A DNA stretch of 64,000 bases from a bacterium (GCA_040756235.1 JBFLZG010000090.1:1-64000); one strand, 5' to 3'; shown: positions 19,511 to 29,640, numbered from the stretch's first letter. Notes: generated by a model from the sequence alone, not told the origin. Translations and numbers: made by a program.

Positions 19511-20872
19511 ATGCAAGCGAAGGCACGGAAGGTCATCCTCCGAAGATGCGAAGCCTATGAAGCCGCCGCCCTCGAACGGATCATCGGGCAGGGCATCGAG
19601 GAGCTCGGCGAGAAGCCGTCCGGCAAGGTCCTGATCAAGCCCAACGTCGTCTGTTCGACCCGAGTCGTCCAGAAGGCTCACACGCACCCGGCCGTCGTCG
19701 AGGCACTGGTGCGCGTCGTGCGCGCAGCGAATCCGGCTGCCGATGTGACGGTCGGCGAGTCCGGAGGGATGGCGATCCCGACGAGGCTCTTCCTGCGCCA
19801 CGCCGGATATGCCGCCATGGCGAGAAGGGCAAGGGTCCGGCTGTGCGACTTCAATGAAGAGCGCTGCGTCCGAGCGAGGTTGTCGCGGGCGAAGTGGCAC
19901 GAGACCGTGCGAGTCGCGAAGTCGCTCTGGGAGGCGAGCTACAAGATCTGGGTGCCCAAGCTCAAGTTCCACAACGCCTGCGGCTTGACCAACGCACTGA
20001 AGCTCAACATCGGCATCCTGACCCACGGGGAGAGGATGCTCTACCATGACGAGCGGCTGCATGAGAAGATCGTCGATCTGCTCGAGATCGGCTACCCTGA
20101 TCTCGTGGTGGCCGATGCGGTCGAGATCGGGCACGGATCCGAGTTCGCCCCCAGTGCCTACCCTCTCGGGGCGATCCTGCTGGCGAACGACCCGCTCGCT
20201 GCCGACATGGTGGCGGCCCGCATCTTGAATTTTCAACCTGCCGAGGTGGAGCACCTGGCGGAAGCGAGCCGGCGGGGATACGGATCGCTCGATTTCGACG
20301 AAATCGAGGTGAGCGGCGACACCGGCATCGAGGAGCTGGCTGAGAAGGTGCGCAGGATCGACGCGCCTCACTCGGTGCAATGGAGCCTGGACAAGGTGAA
20401 GACAGCGGTGCGGTTCTATCCCGGGATGAATCCCCGGACCGGAAGAGGCTGCAGCACCGGGTGCCTGAACGCCCTGGCCGGGGCGCTGGCGACTTCGGAG
20501 CTCTACTGGCCCGGCCTGATGGCGCGTCTCCAGCCGATGGGGGTCGTGGTCGGGTTCTACCGGGGCGACGTCCTCCACCCGGGTGAGAAGGTGGCGCTGG
20601 TGGGCTCCTGCTCCGGGGTGGAGGGCCGGCTCCAGGCGGGAAAGATCATCCGACTTGGGGGGTGCCCGGCCAAGGGGATGGACCAGGCGCTTTTTCTCTT
20701 CCCGAGGCTCGGCATCCGGACCCCCGCCTGGAAGCTCTCGAGTGTGCTCGAGATGGCGTATTTCAGCCTCATCAAGGCGTGCATGCGGATCGTGAGGGCG
20801 CTCAGCAGTCGCATTGGACCGCCGGGGGTGCCGACCCTGCGGCCGCATCCGTCAGGACCGGGGGAAACATGA
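19511..20872 (+). CDS. DUF362 domain protein with Cys-rich C-terminal region (likely Fe-S)
   Basis: VLIKPN, THPAVV, VGES, PKLKFH, TNALKL, DPLAADMVAA, CSTGC...GSC...GCP. Confidence 0.82.
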   Translation: MQAKARKVILRRCEAYEAAALERIIGQGIEELGEKPSGKVLIKPNVVCSTRVVQKAHTHPAVVEALVRVVRAANPAADVTVGESGGMAIPTRLFLRHAGYAAMARRARVRLCDFNEERCVRARLSRAKWHETVRVAKSLWEASYKIWVPKLKFHNACGLTNALKLNIGILTHGERMLYHDERLHEKIVDLLEIGYPDLVVADAVEIGHGSEFAPSAYPLGAILLANDPLAADMVAARILNFQPAEVEHLAEASRRGYGSLDFDEIEVSGDTGIEELAEKVRRIDAPHSVQWSLDKVKTAVRFYPGMNPRTGRGCSTGCLNALAGALATSELYWPGLMARLQPMGVVVGFYRGDVLHPGEKVALVGSCSGVEGRLQAGKIIRLGGCPAKGMDQALFLFPRLGIRTPAWKLSSVLEMAYFSLIKACMRIVRALSSRIGPPGVPTLRPHPSGPGET

Positions 20873-22809
20873 AAGGGAAGGCCTGGAAACTGATGGAGCC
20901 CATGCGGGTGGGCGGCCTGGAGCTGCGCAACCGGGTCGTCATGCCTGCCATGGAGAACATCTACAACAACGCCGACGGCTCCGTATCGCAGCAGCTGATC
21001 GATTACTACGCCGAGCGCGCCCGCGGCGGCGTGGGGCTGATCGTCATCCAGAATACCCATGTGGACACGCGCTCCAGCCGCTCCGCCTGCGGCATGCTGA
21101 GCATCGCCACCGGACACATGATCGCCGGGCTGAGCCGGCTGGCCGAAGCGATCCACGAGGGCGGGGCCAGGGCGGTGATCCAGCTGGGGCACGGCGGACG
21201 GCAGTGCAATCCGGACGCGCTGCCTCCGGGGATGCCTCAGGTGGCGCCGTCGCCCGTGCCCTGCTTCGTCTGGGGAGTCGTGCCGAAGGAGCTCACGCTC
21301 GAGGAGATCCGGGAGGTCCAGGCGGCCTTCGGGGCCGCGGCGGAACGCGCGCAGAAGGCCGGGCTCGACGGGGTCGAGATCCACGGGGCCCACGGCTATC
21401 TGATCGGGCAGTTCCTCTCCCCCCTCTCGAACAAGCGCGAGGACGATTACGGGGGCGCGCTCGAGAACCGGGCCCGGTTCGCCCTCGAGGTGATCGATCA
21501 GGTGCGGGGAAGGGTGGGACCGAATTTCACGGTCGGCTTCAGGATGAGCGGCGACGAGTGCCTTCCCGGGGGGCTCACTCCCGATGAGAGCGTCCACTTC
21601 GCCCGCATCTTCGCCAGGACCGGAAAGATCGACTACATCAGCGTATCCGCGGGCACCTACGAGTCCATCGTCAGCATATACCCGGTGATGTACTCGGACC
21701 GAGGCCCCCTGCTCCACCTGGCTGCAAGGGTGAAAGGGGCCGTCGGCGGCCTGCCGGTCATTGCCGTCGGCGCCCTGGACGCCGCGACCGGCGAGCAGGC
21801 ATTGCAGGACGGGAAGGCGGACCTGATCGCCGTCGGCAGGGGGCTCCTGGCCGATCCGGAGCTGCCGGCCAAGGTGGCCGAGGGGAGGCCCGAGGACATC
21901 CGGCCCTGCATCCGCTGCAACGAAGGGTGCTTCACGGAGATCGCCAGCGGCAGGCCGGTGCGGTGCACGGTGAACCCGGCCTGCGGCAGGGAAGGGGCCT
22001 ATCGGCGGCGCCCGGCGGAGAGGAAGAAGAAGGTGCTCGTGGTCGGAGGAGGCATTGCAGGAATGGAGGCGGCGCGGCTGGCGGCATGCAGGGGGCATCG
22101 AGTGACGCTCCTGGAGAAGGAGTCGCAGCTCGGCGGCCACCTGGCCGAGGCGTCCGCTTCGCCGTTCAAACAGCCGATCCGCGAGCTCCTCGACTGGTCG
22201 ATCGGTCAGCTCGAAAAGAGCGGCGTCCGTGTGCGGCTCAATACACGGGCGACCCCGGCAAGGGTCGAGAAGGCGAAGCCGGATGTGCTGATCCTGGCCC
22301 TGGGCTCGGAGTGGAACCGGCCTTTTGGCGGGGGCAGCCCGGCCATGTCCGGCCGGGAGATCCTTCGCGGAAGCGTCGAGCCGGGAGAAAAGGTCCTGGT
22401 CATCGGCGGCGGGTCCGTGGGTTGCGAAACGGCCCTGCACCTGGCCGAGGTACTCCGCAGAAAAGTCACCGTGATCGAGATGCTGCCGCAGATCCTGTCG
22501 GGTATGGAGATCCTGCACATGATGGTGCTGTCCGAGCGGCTGGCGAAAGCCGGCGTAGAAATGCGCACCGGATGGAAGGTCGTGGAAGTCGCGGGTGGCG
22601 GCGTGATCTGCGAAGACGCGGGTGGCCAGACTTGCCGGATCGAGGCGGATAGCGTGGTCGCGTGCACCGGCTTCGGCTCGAGGGCCACGGAAGCTGCGGC
22701 GTTCGAGCGAGCGGCCCCTGACGTGCATGCCGTGGGCGACTGCGCCGGAGCCCGCAACATCTCAGGGGCGTTTCGCGACGCACATCGCACCGTGCTCGGG
22801 ATCGATTAG
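20869..22809 (+). CDS. NADH:flavin oxidoreductase (OYE-like FMN barrel plus 4Fe-4S and FAD domains; 2,4-dienoyl-CoA reductase/BaiCD-like)
   Basis: QLGHGGRQ, EIHGAHGYLIGQFLSP, RPCIRCNEGC...CTVNP, VVGGGIAGMEAA; ATGA overlap with the DUF362 stop. Confidence 0.92.
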   Translation: MKGKAWKLMEPMRVGGLELRNRVVMPAMENIYNNADGSVSQQLIDYYAERARGGVGLIVIQNTHVDTRSSRSACGMLSIATGHMIAGLSRLAEAIHEGGARAVIQLGHGGRQCNPDALPPGMPQVAPSPVPCFVWGVVPKELTLEEIREVQAAFGAAAERAQKAGLDGVEIHGAHGYLIGQFLSPLSNKREDDYGGALENRARFALEVIDQVRGRVGPNFTVGFRMSGDECLPGGLTPDESVHFARIFARTGKIDYISVSAGTYESIVSIYPVMYSDRGPLLHLAARVKGAVGGLPVIAVGALDAATGEQALQDGKADLIAVGRGLLADPELPAKVAEGRPEDIRPCIRCNEGCFTEIASGRPVRCTVNPACGREGAYRRRPAERKKKVLVVGGGIAGMEAARLAACRGHRVTLLEKESQLGGHLAEASASPFKQPIRELLDWSIGQLEKSGVRVRLNTRATPARVEKAKPDVLILALGSEWNRPFGGGSPAMSGREILRGSVEPGEKVLVIGGGSVGCETALHLAEVLRRKVTVIEMLPQILSGMEILHMMVLSERLAKAGVEMRTGWKVVEVAGGGVICEDAGGQTCRIEADSVVACTGFGSRATEAAAFERAAPDVHAVGDCAGARNISGAFRDAHRTVLGID

Positions 22810-23451
22810 CAGGGTGGCCGGCCGCCCTACCCCAACAGCGGCTGCAAATACCGGGAGTCGTTTCCGGCCTTCGACTCTGTGTCGTTTTCGTCGTCCCCGG
22901 CCAAGCTTAGTACACTGGTTCATAAGTTCGGTAACATACTCCGCCGACCGGCGCGGCCGGTCTGCGAGAGGAGACGTGGCAACGGACGGCCTGCAAGAGC
23001 CAGATGTCGCGAGCGAGCCCCGGCGCCTCGGGATTACCGCGGATTCAGAGTCGCGAGCGTGGCGATCCCCCGAAACAGGGGGGTTGCCACGTCGCAAAGC
23101 CTCCTCGCAAAATCGGGCATTGGCAGCATCATCGCCAGCTCGCTCCCGCACACAAATACGTTAGCGTATTTACGCAGACATGTACTTAGCCGCGCGCGCT
23201 GCGCCCGATGCGGCGGCCCTCGCACAGAAGGCTCGCACAAAAGGCCTTGCCGATCCCCTCTTTACGGGGAAACAGACGGATCGACAGGGGCTCCGCCGGA
23301 ACCCGCACCCGTCGGTTTCGCATCGAAAAAATAGAACCAGCAATACGAGTGCCGGGGTCGATTTCCGGATGGGCTCGGACGCTTGGTCCATCTCGAGGGG
23401 CGGGCTCCGGCAGCCGTACGGGAGCGTTTACAGCACGAAGGAGGATCACTC

Positions 23452-23874
23452 ATGCATACAAGACTCGTCATGGCAACCTTCGCCGCTGTCCTTGCAGCGG
23501 CCCTCAGCATGCCTATGGCCGCGCACGCGAAGATGAACGAGCCCGAGTGGGTTCGGGCCGAGGCTGCGGACGTCAGGATGGAATACGAACCACCGAGGAC
23601 CCTGGTGGGCACCGTCAGCGGGGATGAGCTGCTCCTGGACAGCACTTGCACCCGCTACAGACTGTCGGGTGACCTGGCTCCGGAGGTGGAGAGCTCCACG
23701 GGGAACTGGGTTGCCGTCACCGGCTGGGTAGACGAAAACTACGCGGACTGTCATGCCACGATCAAGGTCACCGATTACAAACATCTGGCTGGTCAGCCGT
23801 TGCTCGTGGGCTGGCCCGAGGCAGCCGTTCCGTTTGAGGGCTGTCCGGCAACTATGCTGAAACCGGCTTGTTGA
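23452..23874 (+). CDS. Small secreted hypothetical protein (possible OB-fold)
   Basis: AAGGAGG RBS; signal peptide ending AHA; TLVGTV...YRLSG...VAVTGWV pattern; 4 Cys. Confidence 0.7.
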   Translation: MHTRLVMATFAAVLAAALSMPMAAHAKMNEPEWVRAEAADVRMEYEPPRTLVGTVSGDELLLDSTCTRYRLSGDLAPEVESSTGNWVAVTGWVDENYADCHATIKVTDYKHLAGQPLLVGWPEAAVPFEGCPATMLKPAC

Positions 23875-23894
23875 CCGACAGGAACGACACAAGG

Positions 23895-23930
23895 GAGGGA
23901 TGTCCATCGGGCATCCCTCTCACCTTTCTT
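23895..23930 (+). terminator. Probable intrinsic terminator between convergent genes
   Basis: GAGGGATGTCC-atc-GGGCATCCCTC followed by a pyrimidine-rich tail. Confidence 0.5.
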
Positions 23931-24029
23931 GCCGCGTGAGCGGCGCCCACCGTCCCAAGGAGCCCGGACGTTTCCTCTGCGGCCTCTCTTCTGCCTTGAA
24001 CGTCGGCCGATCTCGGCACCGGCAGATCT

Positions 24030-25445
24030 TCAGAAACGAATGGTATAGGATCCTCCCACTGACCAGACGTCGCCGCCGAACTCCACCGGCACGTAGGTGT
24101 CGCGGATGTCGAGCCCGTTCAGATACGCGTACACCGCGTCGATGTAGGCCATGCGGGACTCCGAATGAAAGTGGTGGTACTGGGAGAAGATGTCCAGGCT
24201 GTGTTGCATGGTCTTGCCGTCCAGGGTCAGAGAGAGGCCCGCCGAGAAGACATCTTGATCCGAGTCGAAGATGTTGTCCGTCCCGATGAGGTCCTGAACC
24301 GGGGTGGGCTCGAAATAGTAGCCCCCGCGGAAGCAGACCTGGCGGATTCTGTCCAGAACACGTACGGAAAAGGCGGGCTGCCATGCGTATTCCACGCCCG
24401 CCCGGTGCGTAAAGGTGTCTTCGAAAGGCGGGCTCGGAGCCTGCTCCAGATAGGTCTGGTAGCTGGACCAGTCCTTCCAGGTCATGTCGTAGGCGATCGT
24501 CCACCCCTCGAACGGCCTGATCGCCAGCCCCGCCGTCAGCTGCTTGGGCGCGAAGCTGACCAGATTGATGGTCAGCGACGGCGGGTAGAAGATGCCGGAG
24601 ACGGGCTCGCCGTTCTCGTCTTCCACGCCGATCACCTGGTTCAGAGGGCCCTTGCCGTGGTGCGCCTTGTTTTCCCCCCGGAAGGAGACGCCCAGTGAAA
24701 GTTTATCCCGCCAGCCGATGGTCGGGGGTTTGATGAGCAGACCGAACACCGGGACGACGAAAACCTTCGCGGTCTGATGGATGCTCAGGCGCTGCCCAAG
24801 GAGCACGTCATCGCGCTTGTTCGTTGCCGAGAAGTTGTCCTGGTCCGCGACGCTGTCCACCGAAGGCATGACCCCTGCGCCGACGGAGAGCCAGGGCGTG
24901 ATCTCGAAGGCTCCCGACACGGCCAGGGCCAGCAGCTGGAAGCGCATGTCGTGCCGCAGGAAATGGGGCCTGGATGCAATGGGTCCCGAGTGGTACTGGT
25001 TGATCTCCGGCAGGTTCATCCAGCTCACCAGGCCGAAGGCGAAGCGGCGGAACCAGGGGAAGACGCGGATCGTCTGCTCGATGTCGAGGCTGCTGGCGAT
25101 TCCGGTCAGCAGCCCTCGGGAGGAAGGCTGGCCGTGGACGTCGATCGACTCGTTTCCCGGGAAATGCGCGTCGACATCCGGCCGGGCGTACAGGTATCCC
25201 ACGTTGTTCTCGAAAATTCCCCGGATCTGGGTCAGGCCCGCCGGGTTGTAATAGGCGGCCGAGGCGTCGTCCGCAACGGCCGTGAACGCCTGGCCCATGG
25301 CGGCGGACTTGGGGCTGGCCCCGAACTCGTCGAAAAAAACACCGGTCTGGCCGTAAGCCGCGCCCGCGCAGCAGAGCGCGGCCGCCCAGCTCATCAGGCC
25401 CCCGAGTACGTGTCTGAATGAATGCAGCAGCGAGCTCATCAGCAT
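24030..25445 (-). CDS. OmpP1/FadL/TodX family outer-membrane transporter (copy 2)
   Basis: GASPKSAAMGQAFTAVADDASAAYYNPAGL; C-terminal SYTIRF; start uncertain (25490 also possible). Confidence 0.85.
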   Translation of the reverse strand: MLMSSLLHSFRHVLGGLMSWAAALCCAGAAYGQTGVFFDEFGASPKSAAMGQAFTAVADDASAAYYNPAGLTQIRGIFENNVGYLYARPDVDAHFPGNESIDVHGQPSSRGLLTGIASSLDIEQTIRVFPWFRRFAFGLVSWMNLPEINQYHSGPIASRPHFLRHDMRFQLLALAVSGAFEITPWLSVGAGVMPSVDSVADQDNFSATNKRDDVLLGQRLSIHQTAKVFVVPVFGLLIKPPTIGWRDKLSLGVSFRGENKAHHGKGPLNQVIGVEDENGEPVSGIFYPPSLTINLVSFAPKQLTAGLAIRPFEGWTIAYDMTWKDWSSYQTYLEQAPSPPFEDTFTHRAGVEYAWQPAFSVRVLDRIRQVCFRGGYYFEPTPVQDLIGTDNIFDSDQDVFSAGLSLTLDGKTMQHSLDIFSQYHHFHSESRMAYIDAVYAYLNGLDIRDTYVPVEFGGDVWSVGGSYTIRF

Positions 25446-25532
25446 CGTCCTGGAGGCGGCGACGTGGCCGCCGCCAACAAAATCGGACACTGCGAGGACC
25501 GCAGGTCCGCGGCAACCTCCGCTTCGGTCCTT

Positions 25533-27017
25533 CTAATAAACAATGGACAGGGAGGCGCCCATGTTGTACACCTCGCCGCTCACGGTGACCGGGCCGAAGA
25601 GCGGATCCCGGTCGTTCGGGATGCGGTTCTCCTCGAACAGGTGCGCCTGAAAGAACGCTTCCAGCTGGACGTACCCGGTCCACGTCGCGTCGTAACGCAA
25701 CCCGAAGCCCCCGGACACCACGTTCTGGTCCGCATCCAGGATGTTCATGGTCCCGCTCATGTCCGGCACCGGGCTCGGCTCCCGGTAATAGCCGGCCAGC
25801 AGCGAGATTTCGTCGAGGCGCCCGAGTGTGCCCCGGAGACCGGGGTCGAAGGCGTACCGTATGCCGACCCTGGGGACCCAGACGTCATGGAACGGGTGTT
25901 CCTGCTGGACGCCGTCGACCACCTCGAGCGGCAAGATGTCCCAGAAGAAGTGGAACTCGGAATAGTGCTTCCAGGTCAGGTCGAAGGCGACGAGGAGGCC
26001 CTCGCAAGGCCTGACCGCGATGCCGCCCGTCACCTGCTCCGGCGTGTAGCCGATGTAGTCCACGGTCCTGCCGCCCGGGTCCTTGAAGATCACGATCGGG
26101 TCCTGGCCGGGCCTCTCGATGACGACGTCCACGCCCGTGGGGCCGGTACCGTAAAAGCCCCAGAGCTCTCCCCGGTAGGTGACCCCGATCGAGAGCGCGT
26201 CCCTGAGGAAGCGGAAAGGAGGCCGGATGAGGACGCCGCCGATGGGCGAGACGTTGAACTCGGTCGTCTGCTTCAGGTTGAGTCGGAATCCCTGGGAGGG
26301 GTCGTTCGGGTCCAGGGCTCGATTGAGCGCGATCCAGCTGCCGGTCGTGTCCTGAAGGGCATCCACACGAGGAATGATCCCGCCGCCTGCGAACAGCCAG
26401 TCGGTCACCTTCACGGCTCCGGACAGGGCGAAGCACAGCAGGGACCAGCGCTCGTTGTACTTGAACACGTACGGGTCCTGGGGTCTCTGGGGGTTGTCGA
26501 ACTGGTTGATCTCCGGAAGGTTGGTGAACAGCGTGAAACCGACCGCGAGCCTGCGGCTCACCGGCGAGGCGCTGAACGCCGGTACGTGTGCAAAGTTGGA
26601 GACCACAGCCACGTAGAGCCCGCGGGTGGAGAAGTCCTCGGTCTGGTCGAACTCGCTCCTGCCGAGATAGGGGTTCTTGACCGGCTCCGAGTCGAACTTC
26701 ACCCTGATTTTCGGCTTGGCGTACATGTAGCCGAGGGTGAGGCCGAAGGGCGTCTCGACCTGAGCGAGCCCGGCAGGGTTGTAGTAGGCCGAAGAGGCAT
26801 CGTCGGCGACCGCGGCGAAAGCCTGCCCCATGGCGGTGGCCTTGGGGCCCGCGCCGAGCTCGTCGAACGGCAAGGGCGTCTGGGCCGCAAGCTCCGTGAA
26901 GGCTCCCGCCAGCAGAAGCAGAAAGGCCGCGACCGACGTAGTCCGCAGGAGCTCTTTCACTCCATGCTCCCCCCCAGGATGACCATTGGCACGTGCCCGC
27001 GTCGCCCCCACGCTCAT
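25533..27017 (-). CDS. OmpP1/FadL/TodX family outer-membrane transporter (copy 1)
   Basis: GAGPKATAMGQAFAAVADDASSAYYNPAGL; C-terminal SLSIVY; ATG overlaps the kinase stop (GTG 26960 is an alternative start). Confidence 0.85.
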   Translation of the reverse strand: MSVGATRARANGHPGGEHGVKELLRTTSVAAFLLLLAGAFTELAAQTPLPFDELGAGPKATAMGQAFAAVADDASSAYYNPAGLAQVETPFGLTLGYMYAKPKIRVKFDSEPVKNPYLGRSEFDQTEDFSTRGLYVAVVSNFAHVPAFSASPVSRRLAVGFTLFTNLPEINQFDNPQRPQDPYVFKYNERWSLLCFALSGAVKVTDWLFAGGGIIPRVDALQDTTGSWIALNRALDPNDPSQGFRLNLKQTTEFNVSPIGGVLIRPPFRFLRDALSIGVTYRGELWGFYGTGPTGVDVVIERPGQDPIVIFKDPGGRTVDYIGYTPEQVTGGIAVRPCEGLLVAFDLTWKHYSEFHFFWDILPLEVVDGVQQEHPFHDVWVPRVGIRYAFDPGLRGTLGRLDEISLLAGYYREPSPVPDMSGTMNILDADQNVVSGGFGLRYDATWTGYVQLEAFFQAHLFEENRIPNDRDPLFGPVTVSGEVYNMGASLSIVY

Positions 27018-28564
27018 ATCTCGACGATCTTGCGATACAGCTCGCTCCAGCGGGCGTAACCTTGATCGTAGACCGACCGCTGCCGCGGGTCGGGCTCGAA
27101 GACCTGTCCCTGGCAGCGGAGCTCGCTGCAGGCCTCCTGCAGGCTGTCAAAGGCCCGGGCGCCGGCGGCGCCGCAGATTGCGGCCCCCAGCAGGGATCCC
27201 TCGCGCACGCTGCCGACCTCCACGGCGACCCCGAGGCAGTCCGCCACGATCTGACACAAGAGCCGGCTCGCGCACAGGCCCCCGGAGGCGGCGACCCGGT
27301 CCGGCTTGGAGCCCTTGAGCCGGACGAGCTGCTCCAGGTTTCCCCGCAGCGCATAGGCGATGTTCTCCAGCGCGGCCCGGACGAAGTGGCCGACCTCGAC
27401 TTGCGGGGCGATGACCGGCTGGACCGGCGGGGGAAAGAGGAACAGCCCCGGCCGCACGACGTGGAAGTGTCTGGCGTCCATCAGGGCCGGCCCGAGCAGG
27501 GCAAAGGTGTACCCGGAGCCGGCGGGCGCGGCCGACGCCCGCTCTTCCATCCAAGCGTACGGGTCCTGACCGCAGCCTGCCCTTGCCCCGAGGACGCTGG
27601 CGATCAGGTCTCTCAGCCACTGATAGACCGTTCCGGCCCAGTGGCAGTTGGATTCCAGGATCCAGGCATCCGCGGGCAGGTGGCAGGAAGTCCAGAGCCT
27701 GCGGTCCGGGTCCGTGAACGGTTCGTCTTGAAGGCAGCAGACCGGCGCGGTGGTCCCGGCCACGATGGCCACCTGGCCCGCAGCCGAGGCGCCCGCGGCC
27801 AGCAGCGCGCACTGCGTGTCGGCACCGCCGGCTACGACCGGCGTGCCCGCGCACAGGCCGGTCGCGGCGGAGGCGTGCGGGCGCACGGTGCCGATGACCT
27901 CGCCCGGCTGCGCCAGGAGCGGCAGCAGGGAAGGGTCCAGCTGAAAGGCTTCCAGGACCTCCCCGGACCAGGCCCTCGTGCGGATGTCGAAGAACATGCT
28001 GCCTGAGGCGGTCGTCGGCTCCGAGCGCGTCTCGCCGCAAAGGGCGCGGGAGATCCAGTCGCCGAGAGCCAGCACGGTCCTGATCTGCGCAAAGGCGGCG
28101 GGCGCTTCCTGCCGGAACCAGAGCAGCTTGGCGAGCGCGGAGGTCAGGGGGGGCCACAGTCCGGTGATGGAGAAGATCTCTTCCCCCATCTTCTCCTCGA
28201 TGTCGGCTTGGCTGAAGATGCCGCGGCTGTCCAGGTTCGGGCCTGCATAAACGGTTTCACCTTTGCCGTCCAGGAAAAGAAACGACATGCGGTGGCAGGT
28301 CGTGGCGACCGCCCGGATCGATTCCGCGGGGATGTCGGCCTCGCGGATCAGAGCGCGGATGAGCCGGCACAGATCGGTCCAGAACGCCCGGGGGTCGAAG
28401 ACCAGCAGGAAAGAGCCTCCCGAGGGGTCGGGCAGGTAACGCCGGGGCCGGCTCTCCGCCCGGATCAGGCGGCCGCGCAAATCGAACAGGGCGCCTCGGA
28501 GCGTGCCTGTCCCCGCGTCCAGGCTCAGCAGGTATCCGTCTCTCGCTCCCGGCCGTTGCTTCAT
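27014..28564 (-). CDS. FGGY family carbohydrate kinase (LsrK/xylulokinase-like)
   Basis: LSLDAGTGTLRGALFD, PVVAGGADTQCA, IVAGTT, RAALENIAY, ASGG. Confidence 0.9.
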   Translation of the reverse strand: MKQRPGARDGYLLSLDAGTGTLRGALFDLRGRLIRAESRPRRYLPDPSGGSFLLVFDPRAFWTDLCRLIRALIREADIPAESIRAVATTCHRMSFLFLDGKGETVYAGPNLDSRGIFSQADIEEKMGEEIFSITGLWPPLTSALAKLLWFRQEAPAAFAQIRTVLALGDWISRALCGETRSEPTTASGSMFFDIRTRAWSGEVLEAFQLDPSLLPLLAQPGEVIGTVRPHASAATGLCAGTPVVAGGADTQCALLAAGASAAGQVAIVAGTTAPVCCLQDEPFTDPDRRLWTSCHLPADAWILESNCHWAGTVYQWLRDLIASVLGARAGCGQDPYAWMEERASAAPAGSGYTFALLGPALMDARHFHVVRPGLFLFPPPVQPVIAPQVEVGHFVRAALENIAYALRGNLEQLVRLKGSKPDRVAASGGLCASRLLCQIVADCLGVAVEVGSVREGSLLGAAICGAAGARAFDSLQEACSELRCQGQVFEPDPRQRSVYDQGYARWSELYRKIVEI

Positions 28565-29583
28565 GGGACTCGTTCGTCAGGGGGGCCCAGGACCTCGGGG
28601 TTCCAGATGTGCCGGGGGCGCTCGCCGCGCAGCCAGCGCAGGACGTCACCGGCAATCATCTCGCTCTGACGCCTGATCACGTCACGGGAAGCCCCGCCCA
28701 GGTGCGGTGTGCAGATGACGTTGTCCTGCAGAAGGAAGGGGTTTTCGGGCTGCAGCGGCTCCTCGTCGAACACGTCGAGGGCCGCCCCCCGGATGCGCTT
28801 GCGCGCGAGGGCGTCGAGCAGCGCCTTCTCGTCCGCGAGGCCGGAGCGGGCCGTGTTGATGAGGAAGGCGGTCGGCTTCATCCGCGCGAGGGCCTCGGCG
28901 TCGATCAGCCCCCGAGTCTCGGCCGTGAGCGGGGCGTGGAGGCTGACGATGTCCGAGCGCTCGAGAAGCGAGGGAAGAGCCACCGGCTCGGCCCCGAGCT
29001 CGCGCACGGCCTCCTCGGGCACGTACGGGTCGTAGACGAGGATCGCGCAGCCGAAGGCTGCGAGGCGGCGGGCCACCCTTTTCCCGACGGCGCCCATTCC
29101 GACGATCCCCACCGTGGCGCCTCCAAGCTCGAAGCCGCCGTACCGGTTGAAGACGTCCGTGACGTCCTGCATGCTCTCGAAGCGGATCCGACCCGTCCGG
29201 AGACGCTCGTGCACGGTGACGATGTTTCTTGCCAGGCAGAGCATGAAACCGAGCGCGAGGTCGGCCACCGCATCCGCGTTCCGTCCCGGAGCGAACAGGA
29301 TCGGGATCCCCCGCCGGCTCGCTGCCTCGCGCGACACGTTCAGGGGATCGGCGCGGCAACAGCCCACGATCTTGAGATCGCAGGCTTCGAACACCTCCTC
29401 ATGGACCAGGTCCGCTTCCACGATGAGCACATCCGCACCCTCGCGCCGGACCTTGGCGGCGAGCTCTGCTGCGTCGAAGTACAGCTTTCCGGTCTCTCTG
29501 TAGGATTCGTACCGGATCTCCATGCGGGTGCGGAGCGCGGCGAGGCCCTCATCGTCGAAGGCTGCGGTGATCAGGGCCTTCAT
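28561..29583 (-). CDS. D-isomer-specific 2-hydroxyacid dehydrogenase (SerA-like, no ACT domain)
   Basis: PGRNADAVAD, GIVGMGAVG, LINTARSG, LDVFDEEP, TPHLGGAS. Confidence 0.92.
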   Translation of the reverse strand: MKALITAAFDDEGLAALRTRMEIRYESYRETGKLYFDAAELAAKVRREGADVLIVEADLVHEEVFEACDLKIVGCCRADPLNVSREAASRRGIPILFAPGRNADAVADLALGFMLCLARNIVTVHERLRTGRIRFESMQDVTDVFNRYGGFELGGATVGIVGMGAVGKRVARRLAAFGCAILVYDPYVPEEAVRELGAEPVALPSLLERSDIVSLHAPLTAETRGLIDAEALARMKPTAFLINTARSGLADEKALLDALARKRIRGAALDVFDEEPLQPENPFLLQDNVICTPHLGGASRDVIRRQSEMIAGDVLRWLRGERPRHIWNPEVLGPPDERVP

Positions 29584-29640
29584 GCACCCACCTCCTCCGG
29601 GTTCTCAGTCTTCAGTTGCCGTTCGTGTCCTAACCGGCCC

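Noticed and set aside
23060..23130. c-di-GMP-I riboswitch (GAAA hairpin followed by CGCAAAGCCTCC)
   Set aside because: It lacks the GGCAAAC/P1 context and the second stem; the resemblance is only partial.
23869..23920. Selenocysteine read-through at Cys-TGA of the small secreted protein
   Set aside because: The downstream hairpin looks like a terminator and the read-through frame is not protein-like.
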